Shown here piece after piece: positions 11,414 to 24,871 of a DNA stretch of 64,000 bases (positions are counted from its first letter, which is position 1; every line of letters begins with the position of its first letter). Made by a program: the position numbers and the translations under genes. The stretch comes from Thalia democratica (Eukaryota): NCBI GenBank assembly GCA_965202585.1, contig OZ241831.1:2790001-2854000 (forward strand), written 5' to 3'. Under the pieces are notes generated by a model. That model saw nothing but the letters and a program-made list of their open reading frames with translations. It was not told the origin of the DNA and did not search any database.

Positions 11414-11802
11414 TTGTGATAATGATGTTTTTGTCATTTTTATATTGTTTTAACTCTTTTATGCAACCCTTAACCATTCTGGAGTCACCTTAAGCAGTTT
11501 GTGTACCACTATAACCGCAAAATACAAATTTTAGCATCTAAACTGTTTTGAGCTTCAGTACTTAGTTATAGACTATACAAAGTACCACTATTAACTGCAT
11601 AGTTATATTGGTTCATAAATTGATTTAAGTGACTTCAGAATGATTAAGGGTTGCATAAAAGAATTTAAACATCTTAAAAATGACAAAAATATCATTGTCA
11701 CAAAATTGGATAAAGGTTCTGGTGTTGTAGTTTTAATTTTTCAGATTATGTTAGTAAATTGGAAAATTTATTAGACAATTGCACTAAATTCAAACATATA
11801 GG
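11414..11802 (+). mobile_element. PLE RT relic with inverted repeat; loop orientation A
   Basis: From 11640: MIKGCIKEFKHLKNDKNIIVTKLDKGSGVVVL, then after a -1 shift FSDYVSKLENLLDNCTKFKHIG. Confidence 0.7.
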
Positions 11803-12462
11803 TTGTGTTTTTGCAATGTTTATTGTCAGTGGTTAACAAGTATAAAGTATAAGTCATATTAAGTGTGTTATTATCATAACCGTATGTTTTATATCTTATA
11901 CGCTATCTTACGTATCGCTAGTAGACTTCAATAAAATAATTATTCATCGTTAACTAGTAAATACTATCAGTAACTTATGAATGTTTTCTTTGTCTAATGT
12001 TATTTCATAATTACTTTTTACTTAACTAAAGGTAACATCAATTTAACATTTTGATAAAATTCAGTGTAGAAAAGTAATATATAACGTATACTATTCTATT
12101 CTAAGAACTTCACATAATTTGTAATGACATTAGCTGTTTGTTTTGCTAATCAATATTATTAATTAGTTTTAAACATTCCAGCTTATCACACTACTTCATA
12201 AGTATTTAAATGTAACTGAGTAGAATATTTATTTACTTGCTGCTGAACCCTTTGAAACCGTAAAAAATAGCTACTTCTATTTAGTTTTTATACAAAATGA
12301 GACCATTGTTAAGATATCCTAATTTATTTAACAAAATTAACATTTACAAAACCAAACGTAACACTATATATAAACCAAAAACCATGCTTACCATCAGACA
12401 AAACTTCATATGATAAAGAATAAAACGGGATGTACAACCGAAAACAATCGAATAAAACTCCA

Positions 12463-13581
12463 TTACAACGAAGTTACTTTTCCCATGAACAAAGTTTGAT
12501 TTTTGAACAAAATCATCAACACAAACGGATGATCAACTGTGAAATGAATTGGCTTATTGACTGAAGACATAGCACAAAGAAACTGCATAGTTAATCCAGT
12601 TGCTGCTGCAGCTTCAGCTCCATTTTCATCTGTCTCAATGAAGGCTTTGTGGACTGCTTCGGACACAAAAAGTCCACTTGATTGCGTGGACATTGCACTA
12701 AAGTCTGCAAGACCACTATCAAAAGCGTCTTTTACTCCCAACAAACGTAAGCATTTATTCAATTTAGCCTCATACTCAAGTTTGAACTTTGGCATTGCTA
12801 GTGAGATATATTCATCATGGAATTTGTTAATATCTTTGAGGTTTTCAATAGTTTCAACGTCCAGTTTTTCTATCACCCTTTTCAATCCAAATTTCTCATC
12901 AGGCAGAATTATCAGCATACTAAATTCTGGTTGCTTGTAAGGAATTCTCACACACTTGAACCCTTTTTCTTCAACTGAAATATACGGATAGTAATCTCTC
13001 TGTGTCATCATTTTAACAGTAGAAGTTTTATTTACAGTACAATAGAATGTTTCGTCGTTGGTTAACCTTGACTTGAACTTTTCATACCAATCGCCTTTGA
13101 AGTAGATACAACTAACTAGAACACATGCAGTTTCAGGATCCAATTCACTAAACAAATCTTTAATTTTTCCATTAGTACAATGTGCAACCCAATTATTGAT
13201 AATTTTTTTTGATTTTTTGGTATTGTTCTTGTAGTCTAAAGACTGAATTTGGCATTTGAAAGCAGTTTTTATATCACTCTTGTATTTTGCATCCATTATA
13301 AATGTTTCTGAGGGAAAGACAGAGTTAGCAAGTTCAACTTTTAAACTATCAGAATCGTAGTTAAGTACATCATTTAACGCTTTGAGCTTAGAAAGAAGTT
13401 CTTCATCTTTTACAAATCCTAGTGCTTCTTCAATCTGCTGCTTGGTTGTTCCATTTGAACCTAGTAATAGCATAGAAAGAGCAAGCGAAATGCTCAGTGG
13501 TGAAAAGAAAATGTTTTCGTTTTCATCAGTGCTTTCACAAAGCTTTTCAAAGAGATTGACATCAAACGAGTTGAAATTCAT
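12463..13581 (-). CDS. Intracellular serpin, intact, 372 aa; RCL ENGAEAAAATGLTMQFLCAMSS
   Basis: Full ORF with all serpin motifs; hinge P14 is Ala instead of Thr. Confidence 0.95.
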   Translation of the reverse strand: MNFNSFDVNLFEKLCESTDENENIFFSPLSISLALSMLLLGSNGTTKQQIEEALGFVKDEELLSKLKALNDVLNYDSDSLKVELANSVFPSETFIMDAKYKSDIKTAFKCQIQSLDYKNNTKKSKKIINNWVAHCTNGKIKDLFSELDPETACVLVSCIYFKGDWYEKFKSRLTNDETFYCTVNKTSTVKMMTQRDYYPYISVEEKGFKCVRIPYKQPEFSMLIILPDEKFGLKRVIEKLDVETIENLKDINKFHDEYISLAMPKFKLEYEAKLNKCLRLLGVKDAFDSGLADFSAMSTQSSGLFVSEAVHKAFIETDENGAEAAAATGLTMQFLCAMSSVNKPIHFTVDHPFVLMILFKNQTLFMGKVTSL

Positions 13582-14558
13582 ACTGATTTTAGACACTACA
13601 AACTTTACAAGCTGAAATATAGTTCTATATAATTCTTTAATTAAGCATTATTTAAATACATTGTATAAAATAATTTTACAGTTTAAAAAGCCTTAAAAAT
13701 TTCTTAGTTGATTATAACTCCCTGAGTTTAAATGAAAAATATTTGATTAACTTTAAAACTTTAGAGCCAAGTATTTATTATAGCAATTTTAATAATACTG
13801 CAAAATATTGATCTGTAACAAAATAAATGTATTTCTAGTATGTATTTCATACCTGAATAAGTTGTTAAGTAACTGAATAAGTACATTCTGATTACGTAAT
13901 TAAACACGCAACTAGTTCAATATGCACAATTAATAATCAACCATAAAGCAACTTACTCACGAAAATTAATTTTGTTTTTTAATAATCACTGTGGTTTGGT
14001 CTACCACTTTTGGCGCTAATGAGTTGTATTTCGTTTTAATTGAGATAACTGCTGCAGGCAGAAGTTGTTTATATTTAACAAAATAATAATAAAGATCGGA
14101 ATAAAAAATGACTTTTCTAGTTTTTTATTAAAGTACATGGTTTTCCTACCGTGTCCTTTAGTTTTTGTAATTAAAAAGCTACTATAATATTTTTTGACCT
14201 AAAATAAATTGGTGTTCTAGTTGTGTTATATAATAACCAAGTTTTATGAATAATATTTTTCAGTTTTATATGCAAAAACATGCCTTAATACTTTTTAAAA
14301 TTTCCAACGTAAAATCGCTCTAGGTAGTGAATAGTTTTACTTGTATAATCTTGTAAATAAATCGATTGTCAAGTACTGTCACATAAACAAATAAAATTTT
14401 TAGAAATATAACAAATTAAAATTATGCTTTTAATCATGTTTATCATTAGAAGTCATGTTTTAATTTAATTGTCGAAATAAATTTAATTAACAAGCTAACA
14501 GTTCTTTTCTTTTTAAATACAAATCTTCTGCCGGTAGTAGTTACTTTTAACAGAACAG

Positions 14559-14565
14559 TGACTCA
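14559..14565. promoter_or_regulatory. AP-1-type site TGACTCA
   Basis: ~454 bp upstream of the ATG at 15019; same orientation relative to the gene as in minus-strand copies. Confidence 0.4.
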
Positions 14566-15018
14566 TTAGCGCCACAAGTGTCAAAACGAAAAATAGCTAG
14601 AGTTGAAGAAATTAAATTGTTTTTATTAGTATCACTTATTTTATGATTTATTATTAATTATTCAAATATAGATTTTGTTACGTGTTTAAATAACTATTAA
14701 AAATTCGCTTCTAAGCATTGTTGCATTGTTCTAACACTTATATCAATTATTAAAACTCGAATTATTTTAAGTTTAAACTGTACAAACATTCATGCTACTT
14801 TAAAATAGAACTTAATACTATAACTAAAGCAGAGCTTTAATAAACATTTGGTTATATACAAAGTAATAAAAATTAATTTAAGCAAATAAGTAGAGTAATA
14901 GTTTCCTAGGCTTTTACAAACGTTTAAAACTTTTTGAAAAATATTATTTAAATAATATTAATTATTCATGAGTAACATTGAAAATTTTTTAGGTTGTAAA
15001 GTTAGTTTTCAAATCAGT

Positions 15019-16137
15019 ATGAATTTCAATTCGTTTGATGTCAATCTATTTGAAAAGATCTGTGAAAGTACTGATGAAAACGAAAACATTTTCTTTTCGC
15101 CGCTGAGCATTTCGCTTGCTCTTTCTATGCTACTACTAGGTTCAAATGGAACAACCAAGCAGCAGATTGAAGAAGCACTAGGATTTGTAAAAGACGAAGA
15201 ACTTCTTTCTAAGCTCAAAGCGTTAAATGATGTACTTAACTACGATTCTAATAGTTTAAAGGTTGAACTTGTTAACTCTGTCTTTCCTTCAGAAACATTT
15301 ATAATGGATGCAAAATACAAGAGTGATATGAAAACTGCTTTAAAATGCCAAATTCAGTCTTAAGAGTACAAGAACAATACCAAAAAATCAAAAAAAATTA
15401 TCAATAATTGGGTTGCACATTGTACTAATGGAAAAATCAAAAATTTGTTTAGGAAATTAAACCCTGAAACTGCATGTGTTCTAGTTAGTTGTATCTACTT
15501 CAAAGGTGATTGGTATAAAAAATTCGAACGTTATAACACTTACGAATTATCATTCTATTGTATAGAAACCAAAACTTCTACTGTTAAAATGATGAGACGG
15601 GAAAGTTATTACTCTTACATTTCAGTTGATGAAAAAGGGTTCAAGTGTGTGAGAATACCTTACAAGCAACCAATGTTTAGTATGCTGATAATTTTACCTG
15701 ATGAAAAGTTTGGATTGAAAAGTGTGATCGAAAAACTGGATGTTGATACTATTGAAAACCTCAAAGATGTTAACAAGTTCCATGATGAATATGTTTCGCT
15801 AACAGTTCCAAAGCTCAAACTTGAGTATAAAACTAAATTGAACAAATGCTTACATTTGTTGGGAGTAAAAGACGCTTTTGATAGTTGTCTTGCAGATTTT
15901 AGTGCAATGTCCACGCAATCAACAGGACTATTTGTGTCCGAAGCAGTCCACAAAGCATTTTTTGAGACGAATGAAAATGGAACTGAAGCTGCTGCTGCAA
16001 CTGGATCAACTTCTGTTGACATTTGTATATCTTCATCAGAAGAAGAGTTAATACCCTTTACAGTTGATCATCCGTTTGTGTTGATGATTTTGTTTAAAAA
16101 TCAAACTTTGTTCATGGGAAAAGTAACTTCGTTGTAA
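15019..16137 (+). pseudogene. Full-length serpin with one nonsense codon; RCL GSTSVDICISSSEEE
   Basis: TAA at 15361-15363 replaces Leu (TTA in paralogs); frame is otherwise intact to the stop at 16135-16137. Confidence 0.88.
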
Positions 16138-18284
16138 TGAAGTTTTAATCGATTGTTTTCGTTTGTACATCCTGTTTTATTCTTTTTTATAATGAAGTTT
16201 TGTTTGATGTTTGCATAGTTTTTGTTGAGTTTAATAAATATTAAGTTTGATTGTGTAAATGTTAATTTTTGTTAAATAAAGTAAGATTCGTAAACAATAT
16301 AATTTAAAAGGGTTCAGCTGCTAGTAAATAAATATTCTACTTAGTTAAATTTAAATACTTTTGAAGTAGTGTGATAAGCAGGAATGTTTCAAAATTAATT
16401 GGAAATATTGATACGCAATACAAACAACTAGTGTCATAACTTTTTATGTAGTTCTAAGATTAAAATAATATACGTTATGTATTTCTAATATGAACTGAAT
16501 TTTTATCTAAAATTCAAAGTGATGTTACATTTAGTTAAGTAAAAAGTAATGATGAAAAATCATTAGTAGACAAAGAAATTATCATGTTTAAACTAAGTTA
16601 CATATGTTATTAACTAGTTAATGGTATATAGTTATTTTTTGTAGTCTATAAGCGACACGTTAGAGATAATAAACATACTATTACGATAATAACACGCTTA
16701 ATTTGACTAGAACGTTTTACTATATATAATAATAACATTCAACTAAACAAATTACCTTAATATTTCCAAAAAATCCAAGTAAAATTAAGTAAATTTTTTA
16801 GATCATTGGCCGATATCATTTTATATTACTCGGGGAAGTTTTACAATTTGCTAGATAATAGACGAATTTTTTTTACGGGTCGCAGTTATTTAAAACAGTT
16901 GTGGTAAACAAAAGGAAAAAAAATTAAACGAAATAATTGAAAATGAATTACTAGTAGTTAACAACTGATAAATTTACAACTTAATTGTAAATTTTAACTA
17001 CAACAACTTGATTTTATTCTAGTATGTTTTTAGCTGAAAAGTACATCGTGGACCAAACATTTTAGTTTTTGGAAAATTAGGCACCTGGACCGCTATTTGC
17101 CGTGTTCTGATCGGAATAGTTTAAAACAATTTCATATAATTTAAGCTAAATTTCAATACTCCCCATAGATCTTCGAAAAATATAGTTGAGTAAGTTATAT
17201 ACTTCGAACAGCTTACAATAAGTTATTAGTAGTAGTTTAACAATAAATATAATTCACTTTGTAAAGCTTTATTATTTAAATATTTATTTATAAGTATTTA
17301 GAAAACTGTATAAACAAATAACATGTGTAAACTCTGAAATAAGTGGAAACTGACATAAGCTAACCAACAAAGGACAATTATAACTAACAAAGAAGGTCAT
17401 TTATAAAAAAAAATCAAAAGTTGCTTTGTTATTTTCATATACCAAGTTTTTGTCTACTATATTGGTTATTGTTATCATAAATGATTTAAGTTGTACTAAA
17501 AAAAATTTTAAGCGACGTACGATCTAATTATTTTTATAACTAAACTACACAACTTATATCAGAAGTTCTAAACTGCTAAACTAAAACCTTTTTAAATACA
17601 TAAATAATCTCAAGAAATATCGTGGTCATTTTTGAAGATTTGAGTTTGAATAATTAACATTTTTAAACATTGGTAATTAAACTAAATATTATTTACTCAT
17701 TAAATTTATTAAAATTTTTAAGAACATTTTGTTTTAAACAACTTGATTTAGTTTAAACACATTTATGGGTTAATAAACACCAGGCTCCAACCTGATTTCA
17801 AAGATAGAGTATCAAAAAAATTCATAAAACTATAATCTTAAATAATATGGTCACAATTTTTAGTGTAATTATACACTCGAATGCAAGTGAACTGCTTTAG
17901 CTGATGTTAATATTATTTTTTTATAAAAAATTGAATTAAATCCTCGCAATAGCATCTTTAAAACATGATCATTTTTTTGTACAAAATTGTCTTGTTTAAA
18001 ATACTATTCGCTTAACTTATTATAACATCATTTTAACAATTTAATAAAATTAATTATATCATAGTTGAATTCAACATTTACTTTTTAACTCTTATATTAA
18101 CTTTAAAGCTTTACATAAGTTATCAAGACATAATTTGTTTCTATTACGTATATTACATATCAATATCCATTTATTTTTTAGTTAACTGAGTAAGTTATCT
18201 TATTAACAAATTGCTGCGGAAACCTCGTACTGTACTTAATTTAAAAACCTTAAATTAATTAATTACTTTCACTTACAAAACATG

Positions 18285-18675
18285 TTTTGTATTAATGTTT
18301 TTGTCATTTTTATATTGTTTTAACTCTATTATGCAACCCTTAATCATTCTAAAGTCACCTAAATCAATTTGTGTACAAATATAACCGCAAAATCACAAAG
18401 TTTGGCATCTAAACTGTTATGAGCTTTAGTACTTAGTTATAGACCATAGAAAGTACCACTATTAACTGCTTATTTATAGTGGTATACAAATTGGTTTAGG
18501 TGACTTCAGAATGATTAAAGGTAGCATAAAAGAGTTTAAACATCTTAAAAATGACGAAAACATCATTATCACAAATTCGGATAAAGGTTCTGGTGTTGTA
18601 GTTTAAATTTTTCACATTATGTTAGCAAAATGAAAAATATATTAAACGATTACACCGAATTGAAACATATAGGTT
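18285..18675 (+). mobile_element. PLE RT relic with inverted repeat; loop orientation A
   Basis: Paralogous to 6442-6830. Confidence 0.65.
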
Positions 18676-19352
18676 ATGTTTTATGCAATGTTTATTGTCA
18701 GTGGTTAACAAGTAGAAGGTATAAGTCAAATTAAGCGTGTTATTATCATAATCGTATACTTTATATCTTATACGCCATCTTACGTATCGCTAGTACACTT
18801 CGATAAAATCATTATATATCGTTAACTAGTAAATACTATCAGTAAACTAATTTTTAAAACATGATATTTCTTTATCTATTTGTGTTTTTTCATAATTACT
18901 TTCTACTCAAACAAATGTAGCATCAATTTAACATTTTGATAAAATTCAGTATATACAAGTAATATAAAACGTATACTATTTTTATTCTTAGAGCTTCACA
19001 CAATTTGTCATGATATTAGCTGTTTGTTTTGCGTATCAATATTAAATTAATTTTGAAACGGTCCAGCTTATCACAATACTTCAAAATTATTTAGATGTAA
19101 CTGAGTAGAATATCTATTTACTTGCTGCTGAACCCTTTTAAGTTGTAAAAAAATAGCTATTTCCGTTTGATTTTTATACTAAACAAGATCATTGTTAAGA
19201 TATCTTAATTTATTTAACAAAAATCAACATTTACACAACCAAACCTATTCTTTATTAAACTCAACGAAAACCATGCATATCATCAAACACAACTTCATAA
19301 TAAAAAAGAATATTACGGGATGTACAAACGAAAACAATCGAATAAAACTTCA

Positions 19353-20471
19353 TTACAAAGAAGTTACTTTTCCAATGAACAAAGTTTGACTTTTGAACAA
19401 AATTATCAACACAAACGGATGATCAACTGTAAAGCGAATTGGCTCATTGACTGGAGAAAAATCACAAATATAATTCTTAACTAATCCAGTTGCTGCTGCA
19501 GCTTCAGTTCCATTTTCATCTGTCTCAAAAAAGGCTTTGTGGACTGCTTCGGAGACATAAAGTCCACTTGATTGCGTGGACATTGCACTAAAATCTGCAA
19601 GACTTTTATCAAAAGCATCTTTCACTCCCAACAAACATAAGCATTGGATCAATTCAGCTTCATACTCAAGTTTGAACTTTGGCATTCTCAACGAGATGTC
19701 TTTATCACAGTATTTATTAATATTTTTGAGGTTTTCAACTGTTTTAATGTCCAGTTTTTGGATCACACTTTTCAATCCAAATTTCTCATCAGGTAAAATT
19801 ATCAGCATACTAAAATCTGGTTGCTTGTAAGAAATTCTGACGCACTTGAACCCTTTTTCATCAACTGAAACATACGGAAAGTCATTTCTCTTTATCATCA
19901 TTTTAACAGTAGAAGTTTTATTTTCTGTACAATAGAATGGAGCTTCGTAGGTGTTATAATGTTTGAACTTATCAAACCAATCACCTTTAAAGTAGATACA
20001 ACCAACTAGAACACATACAGTTTCAGGAATCAATTTTTTAAACAAAACTTTAATTTTTCCATTAGTACAACGTGCAACCCAATCATTGATTTTAGTTTTA
20101 GATTTGTCTGCATTGTTGTTGTAGTCTAAAGACTGGATTTGACATTTGAAAGCAGTTTTCATATCACTCTTGTATTTTGCATCCATTATAAATGTTTCTG
20201 AGGGAAAGACAGAGTTAGCAAGTTCAACTTTTAAACTATTAGAATCGTAGCTAAGTACATCATTTAACGCTTTGAGCTTAGAAAGAAGTTCTTCATCTTT
20301 CACAAATCCTAGTGCTTCTTCAATCTGCTGCTTGGTTGTTCCATTTGAGCCTAGTAGTAGCATAGAAAGAGCAAGCGAAATGCTCAGTGGTGAAAAGAGA
20401 ATGTTTTTGTTTTCATCAGTGATTTCACAGAGCTTTTCAAACAGATTGATATCAAACGAGTTGAAATTCAT
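19353..20471 (-). CDS. Intracellular serpin, intact, 372 aa; RCL ENGTEAAAATGLVKNYICDFSP
   Basis: Full ORF with serpin motifs. Confidence 0.95.
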   Translation of the reverse strand: MNFNSFDINLFEKLCEITDENKNILFSPLSISLALSMLLLGSNGTTKQQIEEALGFVKDEELLSKLKALNDVLSYDSNSLKVELANSVFPSETFIMDAKYKSDMKTAFKCQIQSLDYNNNADKSKTKINDWVARCTNGKIKVLFKKLIPETVCVLVGCIYFKGDWFDKFKHYNTYEAPFYCTENKTSTVKMMIKRNDFPYVSVDEKGFKCVRISYKQPDFSMLIILPDEKFGLKSVIQKLDIKTVENLKNINKYCDKDISLRMPKFKLEYEAELIQCLCLLGVKDAFDKSLADFSAMSTQSSGLYVSEAVHKAFFETDENGTEAAAATGLVKNYICDFSPVNEPIRFTVDHPFVLIILFKSQTLFIGKVTSL

Positions 20472-20912
20472 ACTGATTTTAGACACTACAAACTTTACAA
20501 GCTGAAATATAATTCTATATTACTCATTCATAAACCATTATTAAACTATTGTGTGTAAAATAGTTTTACAATTTGTAAAGCTTAAGAAATTTTTTAGTTG
20601 ATTATAACTCCATGAGTTTAAATGCAAAATGTTTTGACTAACTTAAAAACGTTAGAGCCAAATCTTTATCAGAGAAATTTTTAAAATACTACAAAATATT
20701 TTTGAGTAACATAATTAGAAATATATCTAGTTAGTCTTTCTAACCTGACCAAATTGTTAAGTAACTGAACTGCCTGTAAATACATTTTGATTAATAAACA
20801 CGCGACAAATTCAAAATGCACAGCTAATAATAAAAAATAAAATAAGCGATATTAAACAAATAATTATTTCTTTAATGCTTGTTACTGTTTGTTTTGACAC
20901 TTGTGGCGCTAA

Positions 20913-20919
20913 TGAGTCA
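20913..20919. promoter_or_regulatory. AP-1-type site TGAGTCA
   Basis: 442 bp upstream of the ATG at 20471. Confidence 0.4.
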
Positions 20920-23164
20920 CTGTTTTTTAAAAGTAACTACTACCTACAGCAGATTAGTATTTAAACAGAAAATAATTGTTAGGTTATTAATTCAATTTAT
21001 TTTGACAATTAAGTTAAAGCTAGAATTTAATAATAATAAACTTATTTAGAGTTATGGTATGTAAGGTCTAGTTATTTTATTTATGAGCAGTTTTTATAAA
21101 TCTTTTTTTTTAACCAAAATCTTATCTGACCAAAAGTTTGTTTAAGGTTTTGCAGTAAATTAGCTACAGTTAACTTCATTAAGCCTTTTAAATTTTATAA
21201 GTTGCTTTTATTGTAGATATATAGTAATATAGTTTGGTTATTTATAGTTGCTATATATATGTATGTATATACAAACTACAGTTGGTAATTGTACTTTTGA
21301 AAGTTTTAAAATACATTAATAGGGGTAGTTTATTACTTTTGAAACGAAAACATAGATAAAGTAATATAAAGTAGCAAAGAGTTTAAACAATTAAATGTTA
21401 TTTATTTGATACTTTTCAAAAACAAGTATAGCTAATAAGCACACATTATATTAATATCATTGAAATTATTTTTAAAAAGTTTTAAGGCTTGTGTTTTGTT
21501 TGATAAATTTTTACAAAAAACGTATAAATATCAATTTAGCACAATTAAAATTTTAAAGTTCTATTACCACTATGATATAAAACAATAACAACATTATTTA
21601 AACTAAACAAATTACCTTAATATTTCAAAAAAATCCAAGTAAAATTAAGTAATTTTCTAGATCATTGGCCGAAAGCATTTTATAATTTACGGGAAATATT
21701 ACAAGCTGCTAGCGAGATGCACTTAATAGAAAATAAAATATTTTATGGGTCACAGTTATTGAAATAGATGTCGTAAACAGTATAAAAAAAAAACAATTTT
21801 AAACAAAAAAATCACAAAATAATTGAAAATGAATTACTAGTAGTTAACAACTGATAAATTTACAACCTAATTGTAAACTTTAACGACAAAAACTTTATTT
21901 TATTCTAGTATGTTTTTAGCTAAAAAGTACATTGTGGACCAAACATTTTAGTTTTTTAAAAATTAGGTGCCTGGACCGCTATTTGCCGTGTTCCGATCGG
22001 AATAGTTAATGTAATTTAATACTTACCCTAGATCTTCAAGGACTATAGTTTTTAAATTTTATACTTCGAATAGTTTATAATAAGTTGTCAGTAGTTGTTT
22101 AATACTGAAAAATTAGTTTACTTTGTTAAAGTTTTATTTTTATAATATTTATTTATAAGTATTTAGAAAACTGTTTAAACAAATAACATGTGTAAATTCT
22201 GAAATAAGTGGAAACTGACATAAGCTAACCAACAAAGGACAATTATAACTAACAAAGAAGGTCATTTATAAAAAAAAAAATTAAAAATTGCTTTGTTATT
22301 TTCATATACCAAGTTTTTGTCTACTATATTGGTTATTGTTGTCATAAATGATTTAAGTTGTACTAAAAAAATTTTAAAGCGACGTACGATCTAATCATTT
22401 TTATAACTAAACTACACAACTTATATCGGAAGTTCTAAACTGCTAAACTACAACCTTTTTAAATACATATATAATCTAAAGGAATATCGTGGTCATTTTT
22501 GAAGATTTGAGTTTGAATAGTTAACAATTTTAAACATTGGTAATTAAAATAAATATTCTTGTTCATTTGATTTATTAAAATTTTGAGAACAGTTTGTTTT
22601 AAACAACTTGATTTACTTTAAACACATTTAATGGTTAATAAACACCAGGCTCCAACCTGATTTCAAAGATAGAGTATCAAAGAAATTCATAAAACTATAA
22701 TCTTAAATAAAATGGTTACAATTTAATAGAGTAATTATACACTCGAATGCAAGTGAACTGCTTTAGCTGATGTAAATATTATTTTTTTATAAAAAATTGA
22801 CTTAAATCCTCGCAATAGCATCTTAAAAACATGATCATTTTTTTGTATAAAAATGTGTTTTTAAAAAATACTATTCGCTTAAATTATTATAACATCATTT
22901 TACAAGTTTAATAAAATTTATTATATCATAGTTGTATATAACATTTACTATTTTAATTCTTATAGCTTTACATAAGTTATTAAGACATAAGTTGTTTCTA
23001 TTACCTTTCAATATAAGCAAATAATTTTTAAAAATTACTGTTTAAGTTATCTTATTAACAAGTTTCTGCGGAAACCTCTGGCTGTTTTAAGATTTTTAAA
23101 ACCTGAAGTAATAAAAATCAATTATTTACACTTCTAAAATCTGCTTTGTAAACGCTAAAAACAA

Positions 23165-23535
23165 TATGAAAGTGACAAAAATATCATTAACTCTTTTATG
23201 CAATCCTTATTCATTCTGAAGTCACTTAAATCAATTTATGTACCAATTTAACTATGCAGTTGATAGTGGTACTTTGTATAGTCTATAACTAAGTACTGAA
23301 GCTCATAACAGTTTAGATGTCAAACTTTGTGATTTTGCGGTTATATTGGTACACAAATTGGTTTAGGTGACTTTAGAATGATTAAGGGTTGCATAAAAGA
23401 GTTTAAACATCTTAAAAATGACAAAAACATCATTGTCACAAAATTGGATTAAGGTTCTGGAGTTTAAATTTTTCAGATTATGTTAGTAAAATGGAAAATG
23501 TATTAATCGCTTGCACTAAATTCAAACATATAGAT
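23165..23535 (+). mobile_element. PLE RT relic with inverted repeat; loop orientation B (collinear with the RT frame)
   Basis: Loop is the reverse complement of the loop at 6545-6630. Confidence 0.65.
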
Positions 23536-24205
23536 TATGTTTTTGCAATGTTCATTGTTAGTGGTTAACAAGTTTAAGGTATAAGTAAAATTAAGCGTGT
23601 TATTATCATAATCGTATGTTTTTATCTTATACGCTATCTTACGTATCACTAGTAGACTTCGATAAAATAATTAGATATTGTTATCTAGTTACTATCAGTA
23701 ACTTAAATTTTAAAACCTGATTGTTTCTTTATCTAATTGTGTTTTTCATAATTGCTTTTTAGTCAAAAAATGAAACATCAAATTAACTTTTTCCTAAAAT
23801 TAGTATATACAAGTAATGTTTAATGTATACTTTTTTTATTCTTAGAGCTTCACACAATTTGTCATGACATTAGCTGTTTGTATTGCGTATCAATATTTAC
23901 AATTAATTTTGAAACGTTCCTGCTTATTACACTACTTCAAAAGTATTTAAATTTAACCAAGTAGAATATTTATTTATTTGCTGCTGAACCCTTTTAAATT
24001 ATAAAAAATAGCTATTTCCATTTGGTTTAAACAAAATACGACAATTGTTAAGAAATTTCAATTTACTTAACAAAAATTAACACGTACTCAACCAAACGTA
24101 GACTATTTATTAAACTCAACGAAAATCATGCATAATATCAAACAAAACTTCAAAACGAATAAAACGGGATGTACAAACGAAAACAATCGAATCCTGAAAT
24201 CTTCA

Positions 24206-24317
24206 TTACAACGAAGTTACTTTTCCCATGAACAAAGTTTGACTTTTGAACAAAATCATGAACACAAACGGATGATCAACTGTGAAATGAATTGGCTCTC
24301 TGTTGCATTTAATGGCT
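24206..24317 (-). pseudogene. Serpin 3' stub (AIKCNREPIHFTVDHPF..GKVTSL*)
   Basis: Only the last ~36 codons plus the 3' flank; breaks within the prime side of the RCL. Confidence 0.85.
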
Positions 24318-24871
24318 TAGTTATTTATGGTTAGAATATATATTTTAGTGGTCAAGAACGAAGAGTATGAAAAAAACAGTTTTTAAAATATCTTGGTAGT
24401 AAATAAAGTCATAATTATAAATTGTTGGTTACCTTTTGTATTTTTCTTCTTTAGACTTTATTCGTGTTACTTTACAAAGTACTTTACAAAGAACAATAGT
24501 TGTCGTTTGCATTAGGACTTAAGTATACAATAATATTATATATATTACTAAGATGATATATTAAATTAAGTAGTATATTTTTCACGAAAGTTACAGGACA
24601 TGATCTATTTGTATTGCGTATATGAAAAGTATAAAGGTTTCAAATTTTCACACTTAATTTTTCAAACCTTAAACCATAGAAAATTATATTTAAAATAGAT
24701 TTAATACAAAATATTCCATTGTTAAGAAACTTAGTTTAATTATCAAAAATATACAAATCTAAAATCCATTTAAGAACTCACGAAAACTATTCATAGCAGC
24801 AAACACAGCTTAACAATACATAAGAATGAAGCAACAAATACAACGAAAATATTTAACTCATGAAAACTTCA

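Larger units (their letters stand above)
14460..23890. repeat. Segmental duplication, copy 1 (~9.4 kb); copy 2 at ~39155-48630
   Basis: Collinear near-identical sequence: plus serpin, spacer, minus serpin, spacer; even spurious ORFs recur (19192-19389 vs 43933-44130). Confidence 0.85.

Noticed and set aside
19192-19389. Short ORFs in AT-rich flanks (9047, 19192, 24128, 27523, 35486, 43933, 50735, 52041, 52759, 56411, 57846)
   Set aside because: Low-complexity I/K/F/L/N-rich translations, many with non-ATG starts, and frames not preserved among paralogous copies
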